A stretch of DNA of 64,000 nt from an uncultured Chloroflexia bacterium (GTDB lineage Bacteria; Chloroflexota; UBA6077; JACCZL01). Below, one piece after another: positions 1-11,878 of the stretch; the stretch's first letter is position 1, and each line of letters begins with the position of its first letter. Below the pieces are notes generated by a model, which worked only from the letters and a program-made list of their open reading frames with translations, was not told the DNA's origin and made no database searches. The stretch covers positions 760,452 to 824,451 of the forward strand of contig CAVXYC010000015.1 in NCBI GenBank assembly GCA_963765765.1, given 5' to 3'. Made by a program: the position numbers and the translations under genes.

Positions 1-2
1 AC

Positions 3-425
3 TCCAGGAGAAACAAGACTATTCCGGTGAAGAGTGTCACCAGTCTCGTCCCGCTATTCCTGACCGATCTCGACGCTGCTTATGCAGAGCGACTCATCAA
101 GATGCACCTGCTCAATCCCAATGAGTTCAATCTTCCGTATCCGATCCCATCAGTGGCGAAATGCGAGGTGTTCTTCCATCCTGAAACGCTGCCCTTCTAC
201 TGGATCAAGGCTCTCTGGCGAGGGCCCACGTGGTTCAGTACCAACTGGCTGGTGGTCAAAGGGCTCTTGAAGCACGGTTACGACGATATCGCGAGCGGAA
301 TTATTGCTCGCATGGGCGAGATGGTTGAGCGCGGCGGATTCCGCGAATATTTCAACCCGCTAACGGGCAAAGGCTACGGGAAGCACAATTTTGGTTGGTC
401 TACCTTGCTCCTGGACCTCATTTGA
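3..425 (+). CDS. GH63/MGH1-like (alpha/alpha)6 glycoside hydrolase, C-terminal part (5' end outside window)
   Basis: Motifs LWRGPTWFSTNWLVVKGL and GFREYFNPLTGKGYGKHNFGWS are typical of GH63/mannosylglycerate-hydrolase-like C-termini; the frame is open back to the window start. Confidence 0.75.
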   Translation, partial: SRRNKTIPVKSVTSLVPLFLTDLDAAYAERLIKMHLLNPNEFNLPYPIPSVAKCEVFFHPETLPFYWIKALWRGPTWFSTNWLVVKGLLKHGYDDIASGIIARMGEMVERGGFREYFNPLTGKGYGKHNFGWSTLLLDLI

Positions 426-479
426 CGGTGTCCGCAATGGAAATTGGTCATTTCATGCTGGCCGCGAGATGAGATAGCC

Positions 480-1869
480 ATGCCAATGATCTCGCAGTAT
501 GACTCCGCCGCATTCATGCATCGGGCAACCGCTCATTTTCTCCGGGGCAAGGACTTCGACATCAGGAAGAACGTACCTCGCGGCGTTCCCAAACCGGTCT
601 TCATGGGCCTGATTCGCTCGTTGAACGAGCTTGCCGGAACGGCTGAAAATTGAACTCTCCGTTGCCACAAGTCAGACTCAGGCTGTGAGTGCCCGGGACG
701 TCGTGGAGGTGAACGAAGAGCGCATCGCGCACGACCTGGTGGCGCAGTACCCCAGACGGAAGTACCCGGCGATCGCCATCGGATCGTCCAATGGAGCGCT
801 TGTTCACCTCTTTGCGGCGCTCGGCATTCCGTGGCTTCCGCAGACCAACCTCATGCTTGTAAACCGCGATGAGCCTATTGAGCCCGACGATATGGCGCAG
901 GATGCTGAGTGGGGAAAATCGTTCGCTCGGCCCATGCTCGACCGCAATCCCAACCTGAAGCTGCATCAGATGAACGATCCGGCCCAGGACCGGTACATGG
1001 CCATCAAGATGACCTACTTCAGGCTCAAGTTCCTGAATCTTCCGCAAGCATATCGACGTTTCATTGAAGAGTGCCTGGAGCCGGGCGGAGTGATCCTGGT
1101 GATCAACTGCCAGAATCGATGGCCGGCGACGAAGATTACCGATCGTCACTATTTCCAGGTGGGTGGGTACGGCGGGATTACGCTGGACGAGTACCTCCAT
1201 GGTGGCCCGCGCGTCAAAGAGTTCCTGCAGCGGAACGGGTCCAAGCGGGACCATTTCCTGCTTCCCGAGATTACTGGTGACTATCTCGAAGCGGAATGGG
1301 GCTTTGAAGAGTCGATGCTCGAAAGCATTGACTCGCTTGCCAGGGAGCGTGACTACGAGGTGAAGCAGCTTTATTTCGGGGACCCTCAGGACCCCGTGCG
1401 TCCCATCGCCGATTTCTATTGCGATTGGTACGACTCGATCGGTCGACCGACCGACAAGCTGCTCATCGAATCTTTCATGCTGCTCGAACCGTACTGGTGC
1501 CTGCGCACCGGCAGCATCCCGTATTGGGCGGTCTTCACCGGCCAGCCGTCGTTCGACGACATTACCGGCTATGTGAGTCAGCACGATTTCAACTACATCT
1601 ATCTGACGCTGTTCTCCAATATCGTGCGCTCGATCGGAGTGCCGGAAGGCCGGGAATGGGAGCGGATCATCGAAAAGGCTCGCGCGGGACATGCACTCCT
1701 TGGCGTGGACCCCGAGAAGTTTCCCTTCGATTTAACCAGTGCGTTCCAATTCTTCGACGATGTGAAGACGAAGATACCCTTCCGATATGAGCTGCCCGAG
1801 CCCGTGCCGCTGCAGACATTCGAACACTTCCTGTCAGCGCATCCAGATTACTCACTCCAGATGCGCTGA
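480..1869 (+). CDS. Hypothetical protein (~460 aa), one frameshift near 630
   Basis: ORF 444..653 (ATG at 480, MPMISQYDSAAFMHRATAHFLRGKDF) joins ORF 631..1869 (YPAIAIGSSNGALVHLFAALGIPWLPQT...); protein-like composition, no function recognised. Confidence 0.65.
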
Positions 1870-1908
1870 GGTGCTGCTCCAATCGCGGCGCCGTCCCGAG
1901 AATCCAAC

Positions 1909-1993
1909 GTAGCACGGGTCCTTGTGTCCTGCGCCTAGAACTCCCAATCGCTGACTGGGATTCTCAGGCACAGGGTACAAGGACCCGTGCCAC
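1909..1993. repeat. Inverted REP-like doublet (GTRG-type) forming a long imperfect hairpin
   Basis: GTAGCACGGGTCCTTGTGTCCTGCGCCT at 1909; the reverse complement of the right arm reads GTGGCACGGGTCCTTGTACCCTGTGCCT (ends 1993); arms pair over ~35 nt. Confidence 0.7.
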
Positions 1994-2046
1994 ATTTCAG
2001 TCAGCCATTCGGCGATAATGGCGAATCATTGCTTGACGACGAGCTG

Positions 2047-2595
2047 TTCGGCCGCCTCGGTGCACCGTTCGCGGCGACCCGCTTCAATGTGACGCCGGAC
2101 CTGATGACCGTCGCCAAGGGCATCACCAACGGCGCCGTGCCGATGGGTGCGGTGTTCGCGAAGTCGATGATCCACGACGTCTTCATGAACGGGCCGGAGC
2201 ACGTGATCGAGTTCCCGCACGGCTACACCTACTCGGGCCACCCGCTGGCCTGCGCCGCGTCGCTCGGCACGCTCGACACCTATGCCGAGGAAGGCCTGCT
2301 GACGCGGGCCCAGCAGATGGAGCCGGTGCTGGAGCAGGCGCTGCACACGCTGCGCGAGGCGCCGCACGTCATCGACCTGCGCAACATCGGCCTGGTCGGC
2401 GCGATCGAGCTGGCGCCGCGCGCCGGCGAGCCGGGCAAGCGCGGCTTCGAGGCGATGCTCGCCGCCTGGGAGCGCGGCCTGCTGATCCGCACCACCGGCG
2501 ACACGATCGCGCTGTCGCCGCCGCTGATCGTCGAGAAGTCGCACATCGATCAGATCGTCGGCACGCTCGCCGACGTGTTGAAGACGATCGCCTGA
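2047..2595 (+). CDS. Class-III PLP aminotransferase (omega-amino acid/beta-alanine:pyruvate type), C-terminal half only
   Basis: FGRLG...PDLMTVAKGITNGAVPMGAV...HGYTYSGHPLACAA; the sequence upstream of FGRLG lacks the expected DEVITG and the N-terminal half. Confidence 0.85.
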   Translation, partial: FGRLGAPFAATRFNVTPDLMTVAKGITNGAVPMGAVFAKSMIHDVFMNGPEHVIEFPHGYTYSGHPLACAASLGTLDTYAEEGLLTRAQQMEPVLEQALHTLREAPHVIDLRNIGLVGAIELAPRAGEPGKRGFEAMLAAWERGLLIRTTGDTIALSPPLIVEKSHIDQIVGTLADVLKTIA

Positions 2596-2612
2596 GGGAG
2601 ATCTGATCCGCT

Positions 2613-2640
2613 GCACCCGGCCGCGCAGGCGGCCGGGTGT
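2613..2640 (+). terminator. GC-rich hairpin after the aminotransferase
   Basis: GCACCCGGCCGC-GCAG-GCGGCCGGGTGT stem-loop; no clear U-tract. Confidence 0.4.
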
Positions 2641-2737
2641 GGACGGTTGACGACGCCTTCGGCCTGGCGACTCCGCCGCGGGTTGTCGGCTGCGCGAGGC
2701 CATGGACAATGGCGGGCTTTGCGCCCTCCTCGACCCG

Positions 2738-3850
2738 ATGCAGCCCGCGCCGTTTCTCCAGATCCAGGACATCGTCAAGGACTTCGACGGCCATCGCGCC
2801 GTCGACCACGTCAGCATCGACATCGCCAAGGGCGAGGTGTTCGCGCTGCTCGGCTCGTCGGGCTGCGGCAAGACGACGCTGCTGCGGATGCTGGCCGGCT
2901 TCGAGACGCCGACCTCCGGCACGATCACGCTCGACGGCCACGACCTCGCCGGCCTGCCGCCGTACGAGCGGCCGCTCAACATGATGTTCCAGAGCTATGC
3001 GCTGTTCCCGCACCTGACGGTCTGGGACAACATCGCGTTCGGCCTGCGCCGCGACGCGCATGCCGGCCGACGAGATGGCGCAGCGCGTCGACGCGATGCT
3101 GAAGCTGGTGCAGCTCGACGGCGTTCGCGAAGCGGAAGCCGCACCAGCTGTCGGGCGGCCAGCAGCAGCGCGTCGCGCTGGCGCGCAGCCTGGCCAAGAA
3201 GCCGCAGCTGCTGCTGCTCGACGAGCCGCTCGGCGCGCTCGACAAGAAGCTGCGCGAGGAGACGCAGATCGAGCTCGCCAACATCATCGAGGACGTCGGC
3301 GTGACCTGCGTGATGGTCACGCACGACCAGGAAGAGGCGATGACGATGGCCTCGCGCATCGCGGTGATGAGCGAAGGCCGCTTCCTGCAGGTCGGCGCGC
3401 CGGGCGAGATCTACGAGACGCCGGCGAATCGCTTCGTCGCCGACTTCATCGGCAACGTCAACCTGATGGACGGCACGCTGGTCGAGGACGAGCCCGGCCA
3501 CGTGGTCGTCGAGTGCGCCGACTGCCGCCACTACGTCGGCCACGGCATCACCGGGACCACGTGGAATGCCGGTCACGGTGGCGCTGCGGCCCGAGAAGAT
3601 CCGCATCGGCCGCGCCGCGCCGGACGCGCGGCGACGGCCTGCCGGCCGCGCTTCAACCGCGTCCGCGGCACGCGTCAAGCGACATGGCCTATTTCGGCAG
3701 CTTCACGGTCTACCACCTGGCGCTGCCGAGCGGCGCCGTGCTCAAGGTCAGCCAGAGCAACACCGAGCGCGAGCGCGGCGGCCGCTGACCTGGGGCGACG
3801 AGGCGTGGGCGAGCTGGTCGACCCTCGCGCCGGTGGTGCTGACGTCATGA
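2738..3850 (+). CDS. potG: Polyamine (putrescine) ABC transporter ATP-binding subunit, frameshifted
   Basis: Walker [56 protein letters not shown] across ORFs 2702, 3301 and 3566. Confidence 0.85.
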
Positions 3851-4779
3851 CGAGCCGCGCGTTGCGCGGGCGCCGCGCGCGGGCGCGCCGCGGTGATCGG
3901 CGATCCCTACCTCTGGCTGCTGGTGTTCTTCCTGCTGCCGTTCCTGGTGGTGCTGAAGATCAGCGTCTCCGAGATGGAGGGCGCGACGTTCCAGCGACCT
4001 CGTCGCCTGGCAGGACGGCGCGGTCGCCTTCAACCTGAAGCTCGCCAACTACCTGCTGCTGGTCCAGGACGACCTGTACTTCGCGACCTACCTGTCGAGC
4101 CTCAAGTACGCCGCCGTCGACGACGCTGCCTGCCTGGCGCATCGGCTATCCGTTCGCCTACTTCATGGCGCGCGCCCGGCGCGACGCTTGCAGCCGGCGC
4201 TGCTGATGCTGGTGATGCTGCCGTTCTGGACCTCGTTCCTGCTGCGGGTCTACGCCTGGAAGGGCCTGCTGACCGAGAACGGCTGGGCCGCCGACGCGAT
4301 CGAGGCGCTCGGTCTCGACCAGGTGCTCGCCGCGCTCGGCCTGATTCCCGGCCCCGGGCAGCTGATGAACACGCCGTTCTCGCTCGTGCTCGGCATGACC
4401 TACACCTACCTGCCGTTCATGATCCTGCCGCTCTATTCGAACCTCTCGAAGATGGATCTGCGCCTGCTCGAGGCGGCCGCCGACCTCGGCGCGAACGCCT
4501 GGGTCGGCGTTCTGGAACATCACCGTGCCGCTGTCGCGCGCCGGCATCATCGCCGGCTCGATGCTGGTCTTCATCCCGTGCGTCGGCGAGTACGTGATCC
4601 CCGAGCTGCTCGGCGGGCCGCAGACGCAGATGATCGGCCGCACGCTGTGGGACGAGTTCTTCAGCAACAACGACTGGCCGATGGCCTGCGCCGTCGCCGT
4701 CGCGATGGTGCTGCTGATCATCGTGCCGCTGGCGGTCTTCAGCCGCTACCAGGCCGAGGCGACGGAGCGCCGGTCGTGA
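3847..4779 (+). CDS. potH: Polyamine ABC transporter permease, frameshifted
   Basis: [56 protein letters not shown]. Confidence 0.85.
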
Positions 4780-4790
4780 GGCGCGCGGCC

Positions 4791-5640
4791 ATGACCGGGC
4801 GGCCGCGCCTCAACCGCGCTGGTTCGGCGCGCGGCTGGCTCGGCGCCGGCTACCTGTTCCTCTACATCCCGATCGTCGCGCTGGTGCTCTACTCGTTCAA
4901 CGACTCGCCGGTGCCGAACGTCTGGCAGGGCTTCACCGTCAAGTGGTACCGCGCGCTCGCCTCCGACCGCGAGCTGCTCGACGGCCTGTGGCTGTCGCTG
5001 AAGATCGCCTTCGTCACCGCGACGTCGTCGGTCGTGCTCGGCACGCTGGCGGCGTTCGCGCTGGTCCGTATCGGCGCTTCGACGGCCGCACGCTGTTCGC
5101 CGGCATGGTCGCCGCGCCGCTGGTGATGCCCGAGGTGATCATCGGCCTGTCGCTGCTGCTGATGCTGGTGCTGCGCGTGCAGCAGCGCGCTCGGCTTTCC
5201 CGAGCGCGGCATGGCGACGATCTGGCTCGGCCACCTGCTGCTCGGCATGGCCTACGCGACCGTCGTCGTGCAGGCGCGCCTGCAGACCTCAACGCGCAGC
5301 TCGAGGAGGCCGCGATGGACCTGGGTGCGCGACCGTGGGAGGTCTTCCACCTCGTCACCCTGCCGATGATCGCGCAGGCGCTGCTGTCGGCCTGGCTGCT
5401 GACCTTCACGCTGTCGCTCGACGACGTGGTGCTGTCGGCCTTCCTGTCCGGGCCCGGTGCGACGACGATGCCGCTGGTCATCTTCTCGCGCGCCCGGCTC
5501 GGCCTCAACCCGAGCGTCAACGCGGTCGCCACGCTGATCGTGCTGGTCGTCTCGATCGGCGTGATCGTCGCGAGCTGGCTGATCGCGCGGCAGGAGCGCC
5601 AGCGCGCTGCCAGGACGTCGCGGCGGCCGCGCCACGTGAC
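4791..5640 (+). CDS. potI: Polyamine ABC transporter permease, frameshifted
   Basis: YLFLYIPIVALVLYSFN, PLVMPEVIIGLSLL, LEEAAMDLGARP, FTLSLDDVV; end approximate. Confidence 0.85.
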
Positions 5641-5674
5641 CGCTGGCGCGCGCCGGGCTCGCGACGGGACCGGC

Positions 5675-6630
5675 ATGACGGCGCGTCCGGTCCGCTGGCG
5701 TGCCCGCTGGACGGCGTACTCTGCCTGGCCGCCAGCATGGCGATCGTCGGCGCCTACGTCGGGCTGTCGAAGGTCCTGGTCGCGGTGTTCCCGGTCTTCC
5801 TGCTGGCCTGGCTGCGCTTCGGGATCGCCGCCGTCGCGATGGTCGGCTGGATGCGCACGCCGGCCGACGAAGGCCGGCGCTGACGCCGCGCGACGCGCCG
5901 GCTGCTGTTCATCGAGTCGTTCTTCGGCAACTTCCTGTTCTCGATCTGCATGCTGTTCGGCGTCGCGATGAGCTCGGCGCTCGCGGCCGGCGTGATCATG
6001 GCGGCGCTCCCGGCGGTCGGTCGCGATCCTGTCGCGCGTCTTCCTGCGCGAGCGGATCGGCACGCGCGTCGCGCTGCGGCATCGCCTGCGCGGTCGGCGG
6101 CATCGCGCTGGTCGCGCTGACCCGCCACGCCGGCGAGCGGGCTCGCAGCTCGGTCCTCGGCAACGCGCTGCTGTTCTGCGCGGTCTGCTGCGAGGCGACT
6201 CTATGTCGTCGTCGGCAAGCTGCTGACCGGCGCGGCTCGGGCCGAAGCGCATCAGCGCGCTGATCAACCTGTGGGGCTTCGCGCTCGTGATGCCGTTCGG
6301 CGTCTGGCAGGCGCGGCTTCGTTCGACTTTTCGTCGCGGCGCCACGTCGTGGGTCTTGCTCGACCGGCTACTCGATCGCGGCCAGCATGTTGACGGTCTG
6401 GCTCTGGATGACCGGCCTGAGCACGTCGATGCGGCGTCGGCCGGCACCTTCACCGTGCTCCTGCCGATCAGCGCCGGCGCTGGTCGGCGTCGTGTTCTTC
6501 GGCGAGCGCATCGGCACGATGCAGGCCGCTCGCCTTCGCGCTCGCGCTGGCCGGCATCGTGCTGGCGACCTGGCCGTGCGCGTCCGCGCCACCCGCGACC
6601 TCGACGGCCGGCAATCAGCGTCAGCCGGCA
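5675..6630 (+). CDS. DMT/EamA family transporter, frameshifted
   Basis: SMAIVGAYVGLSK, FPVFLLAWLRFGIA, FFGNFLFSICMLFG, LWMTGL...GTFTVLLP; end approximate. Confidence 0.75.
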
Positions 6631-6648
6631 CGGCCGCTGCCGGCGAGT

Positions 6649-7310
6649 TCAGCGCTTGCGCGCCAGCGTCAGGCCGTCGCCGACCGGCAGCATCGCGATG
6701 TCGATGCGCTCGTCGCTGTGCAGCTTGTCGTTGAGGGCCTGCAGGGCCCGCGTGTCCGCATCGGTCGCCGGCCGAGCGACGCTGCCGCCCCAGAGCACGT
6801 TGTCGATCGCGATCAGGCCGCCCGGCCGCAGCAGCTGCAGGCAGCGCTCGTAGTAGGCGTCATAGCTCGCCTTGTCGGCATCGATGAACGCGAAGTCGTA
6901 GCGCCCGGCCTCGCCGGCCGCGAGGCAGGCGTCGAGGGTGTCGAGCGCCGGCTCCGAGCCGCAGGTCGATCTTGCCGGCGACGCCGGCCGCCTCCCAGAA
7001 CGGCCGTCCGACGCGCGTGTACGTCGTCGCTGACGTCGCAGGCCAGGATGTAGCCGTCGGCCGGCAGCGCGAGCGCCACGGTCAGCGCGCTGTAGCCGGT
7101 GAACACGCCCACCTCGATGCAGCGGCGCGCACCGATCAGCCGGACCAGCAGCGCCATCAGCTGGCCCTGCTCCGGACCGATCTGCATGCCGGCGTGCGGA
7201 TGCGTGCGGGTCGCTTCGCGCAGCTCGGTCTGCGCCGGGATCTCGCGAACCGAATGGGCAACGAGATAGGACTGCAGCGTGTCGTCGAGCGTCAAGGTGC
7301 GATTGGCCAT
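6649..7310 (-). CDS. Class I SAM-dependent O-methyltransferase (caffeoyl-CoA OMT/YrrM-like)
   Basis: [53 protein letters not shown]. Confidence 0.85.
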
Positions 7311-7356
7311 CGAAGTCTCTCGGGTCGGTTGAAGAAGGGCGCGACCGGTGTCGCGG

Positions 7357-8410
<1,054 letters not shown>

Positions 8411-8461
8411 CATTCTCGCCCGCTGTCGCTGGTCGTCCGCACGAGCCGGTGTCGCGGCGGA

Positions 8462-9650
8462 TCAACGGTGGGCTCTGCAACGCTCCGGCTATGCGCGGGC
8501 CGCCGCCGATCGCGCGGCTTTGGAACGGCGACGGTTCATCGCGCAGATAGGTCGGATCGGGCACCACGGACAGCGGGATCCGCGCGATCCGAGCCAGAAG
8601 CCCGGCGACTCGATGCGGCTGGCTCGCGGCAAGTTCGAGGCGCTCGGAGCGGACGTTGCTCTCTTGCACGATCCGGCTCTCGGCGAATCCGCCGACCACC
8701 AGCGCGGTGCGGCCGGTGCCGGCCAGCAAGTTCGCGGTGAGCGTCACCGATTCGGTCGCACTCGGGACTGACAGGAATGCTCCGCCCGGACGCGTGATCA
8801 CGATCGTGTTGTGGACCATCTCGAAGGCGTTGGCGCGCCACTTGAACCCTTCGGCGCCGTACGCGATGGCCGTATCGTTCTCGGCCTTCGGGCCTTTGTG
8901 GAAGAGGTTGCCGCGCAGGTAGACGGACGCCGCCGTTCGGGAAGTCGGCCAGATAGCTCGAGGTCCCGGTGGGCCCGTCCATGAAGTAGCTGTTCTCGAC
9001 GCGGGTCTCCTTGGCGCGGCTCTTGAAGTTGTGGCCGACCTTGGCCTCGTGGAAGAAGCTGTCGATCACCGTCAGCCGGTCGACGTCGCCGACGTAGAGG
9101 TTGTGCGAATAGCCGTCGCCGTGACCGTTGCGGGCGAACTCGGAGCGCTCGATCGCGATCGTCGACGCCGGCCTGTCCTCCGAGGATCCCGTTCTCGTTG
9201 TCGAAGAAGCCGCTGTTGCGAATGACGAGGCGGCCGCGGTGTTCGGCGCGGATGCCGGCGCCGTTTCGATCGGGCACTTTGACGCCGTGGAACTCGATGC
9301 CGTCGATCTCGACGTCGGGCCCGGCGATGACCCAGAGCGCCTTGGCCTGCGCACTGCGGCCGTCGGCAAAGAGCCGGGCTCTGCCGCCGACACTGCAGAT
9401 CGTCAAGCGATCGCGGTCCACGTCGCCACGTCGCCGCGGTAGTCGCCCGCCGAGATGCGGACAACGTCGCCGGCGGGCGCTGCCTGTGGCTGCGGCGCTC
9501 GGTGTCGGCAGCGCCTTTCCCGGACCGACCTCGAGGACGCGTGCCTGGCCGGTCGCAACCCGTCGCGCTCGGACGTGCCCCGCGTTGACGCATCAGCGAC
9601 CGGCTGCTGAAGCGGCGCACGCCCAAGCACAAGGCCACGTGCCATCGCCG
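8462..9650 (-). CDS. Right-handed parallel beta-helix (pectin-lyase-fold) protein, probably secreted, frameshifted
   Basis: GDVVRISAGDYRGDVATW, NGAGIR, NENGIL, GDGYSHNLYVG, GHNFKSRA, SYLADFPNGG; both ends approximate. Confidence 0.65.
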
Positions 9651-9768
9651 CTCGACGACGGTCCTGGGCCTGCAGCGCGACGAGCCTCGCAGCGCTCACA
9701 TGCATGTCCCAGTCGGCGGTCGCTCGTTCGCGCAGGCGCCGCGAGCGCCGGTCGACTCTCAGACGGAC

Positions 9769-9846
9769 TCAGTGCATGAAGAAATAGACGACGACCAGGA
9801 CGATGGCGGGGATGCCGAGCAGCCAACCCAATACGTACTTGCCCAT
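9769..9846 (-). CDS. 25-aa single-helix membrane microprotein MGKYVLGWLLGIPAIVLVVVYFFMH
   Basis: Intact 78-nt ORF with CAGGAGAACGTC directly before the ATG and host-like codon usage; below the ORF-track length cutoff. Confidence 0.7.
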   Translation of the reverse strand: MGKYVLGWLLGIPAIVLVVVYFFMH

Positions 9847-10011
9847 GACGTTCTCCTGAAGATGAGGGCTTCAGGCTAAGCTCGGCTGACGCGCACGCGC
9901 GCAAGACGCGACAAGAGAGCGTCTGTAGGCGGTTGCCGCACCGATCGTCGGGTGACGCTTCGGGACTCGGGTCGTCGCGCCGAATGTCACGTCCGCGCCG
10001 CGGTTGCGAGA

Positions 10012-10897
10012 TCAGGGCGCAGCCATCGCGCGCTCGATCGCGTGCCCCATCGCCTCGCCCAGACGCACCGCGCCGCCGGCGACCCACTTCGGATGGAACT
10101 GGTGAAAGCTCGCCGGAAACAGCAGCACGACGGTCGAGCCGAGCAGGAAGCGGCCCATCTCCTCGCCCTGCTTCAGCACGACTCGGCCGGTCGTCGTAGC
10201 GTCCACTCGCGCAGGCGGCCGCGCGCGCGGCGCATTGACGACGCCGTGCCACACCGTCGCCATGCTGCCGACGATGGTCGCGCCGACGAGCACCAGCACG
10301 AACGGGCCGCGGCTCGACTCGAACACGCAGACGACGCGCTCGTTGCGCGCGAACAGGCCCGGCACGCCGCGCGCGGTGACCGGGTTGACCGAGAACAGGT
10401 CGCCCGGGCACGTAGATCATCCGCGTCAGCGCGCCGTCGCACGGCATGTGGATGCGGTGGTAGTCGCTGCGGGCTCAGGTAGAGCGTCGCGAAGAGGCCG
10501 CTGCTCGAAGCGCGCGGCCAGCGCCGCATCGCCGCCGACCAGCGCGGTGGTCGTGTAGTGGTGGCCCTTGGCCTGGAAGATCTGGTCGCGGTCGATCGAG
10601 CCGAACTGGCTGATCGCGCCGTCGACCGGGCAGATCAGCTCGGCTGCTGCGAGCGGTCGCGCGCCCGGCTTCAGCGCCCGCGGTGAAGAAGTCGTTGAAG
10701 GTCGCGTAGCTGGCCGGATGTCGGGATCGACCGCCTCGCTCATGTCGACGCCGTAGTCGCGCGACGAACCAGCGGATCAGGCGCGTCGTCGACGGACCGC
10801 GGCGCGCCGAGGCGACGCGGCCGGCGAACGATGTCATCGCCTGCTTCGGCAGCGCGTACTGGAGGCGCGCAGCGGCGCGGTCAGGGACTCTCGGCAT
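10012..10897 (-). CDS. psd: Phosphatidylserine decarboxylase proenzyme, frameshifted
   Basis: FNDFFT, CPVDGAISQFG, FQAKGHHY, YLSP..YHRIHMP, LFARNERVVC, GRFLLGSTVV (LGST cleavage motif). Confidence 0.9.
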
Positions 10898-10994
10898 CGT
10901 TCGGATGCGGCAGGCTTCAGGCCGAAGGAGTCGGTCGCCCGGAAGCGTGCTGCGAACGCGCGCATGCGCGGCGCTCGCCCCATCGACCTCATGC

Positions 10995-11878
10995 TCACGC
11001 GCGACCGGCGGCCGATGCGATGCCGGCCACGAAGCGCGGCCACAGCGCCGACCGGCAGGTCGTGGCCCATGCCGTGGATCGACGTCGAGCTCGGCACCCG
11101 GAATCTTCGCGGCGAGGTCGCGGCCCGGCCGCGAGCGGGACCAGCGGATCGGCGGCGCCGTGGATGATCTGGGTCGGCACGCGGATCTGCGCGACCAGCG
11201 GCGAACGGTCGCCGTCGGCCGCGATCGCGACCATCTGCCGTGCCGTGCCGGCCGGCCGGTACGACCGCCGAACCGAGATCTGAAGTCGGCTGCGGACATA
11301 GCCTCGGCCGGCGGGTAGCCGGGGCTGCCGATCAGCCGGTAGAGCCCGACGTAGTGCGCGATGACCGACTCGACATCGCGTCGGATCCTTCGGCCGCGCC
11401 AGCATGCGCGCCGCGCACTTTCAGCGACGGCCCCGGCAGCCTGCGCGCGCCGGTGCTCGTCATCATCAGGGTCAGGCTCTTCACGCGATCGGGATGAGCG
11501 CACGGCGATCTGCTGCGCGATCATCCCGCCCATCGATGCGCCGCAGATGTGCGCCTTCGGATGCCGAGCGCGTCGAGGATGCCGACGCTGTCGGCGGCCA
11601 TGTCGGCCAGCGTGTAGGGGCTCGAGACCCGCATGCCGAGCGCGAAGCGCAGCATGTCGAGCCGAGCTTCGGCGCGCCGAAGCGATCGAAGCTCTGCTCA
11701 GGCCGATGTCGCGGTTGTCGAAGCGGATGACCCGGAAGCCGCGCTGCACCAGGCTCTCGACGAAGCCTCGTGCCAGCCACCAGCTGCATGCCGAGGCCCA
11801 TGATGAGCAGCAGCGGCTCGCCTTGCGGCGGGCCGTGGTCCTCGACCTCGAGCGGACGCCGTTGGCGGAGATCTTCAT
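10995..11878 (-). CDS. Alpha/beta-fold hydrolase, frameshifted
   Basis: LIMGLGMQL, VIRFDNRDIGLS, AHICGASMGGMIAQ, IIHGAADPLV, GMGHDLP. Confidence 0.85.

Noticed and set aside
601-1692. 363-aa minus-strand ORF
   Set aside because: Antisense shadow of the plus-strand hypothetical protein, with no motifs of its own.
1987-2046. N-terminus MPHFSQPFGDNGESLLDDEL of ORF 1987..2595 as a real short aminotransferase start
   Set aside because: It is foreign-composition DNA fortuitously in frame with a truncated gene and lacks the N-terminal half of the fold.
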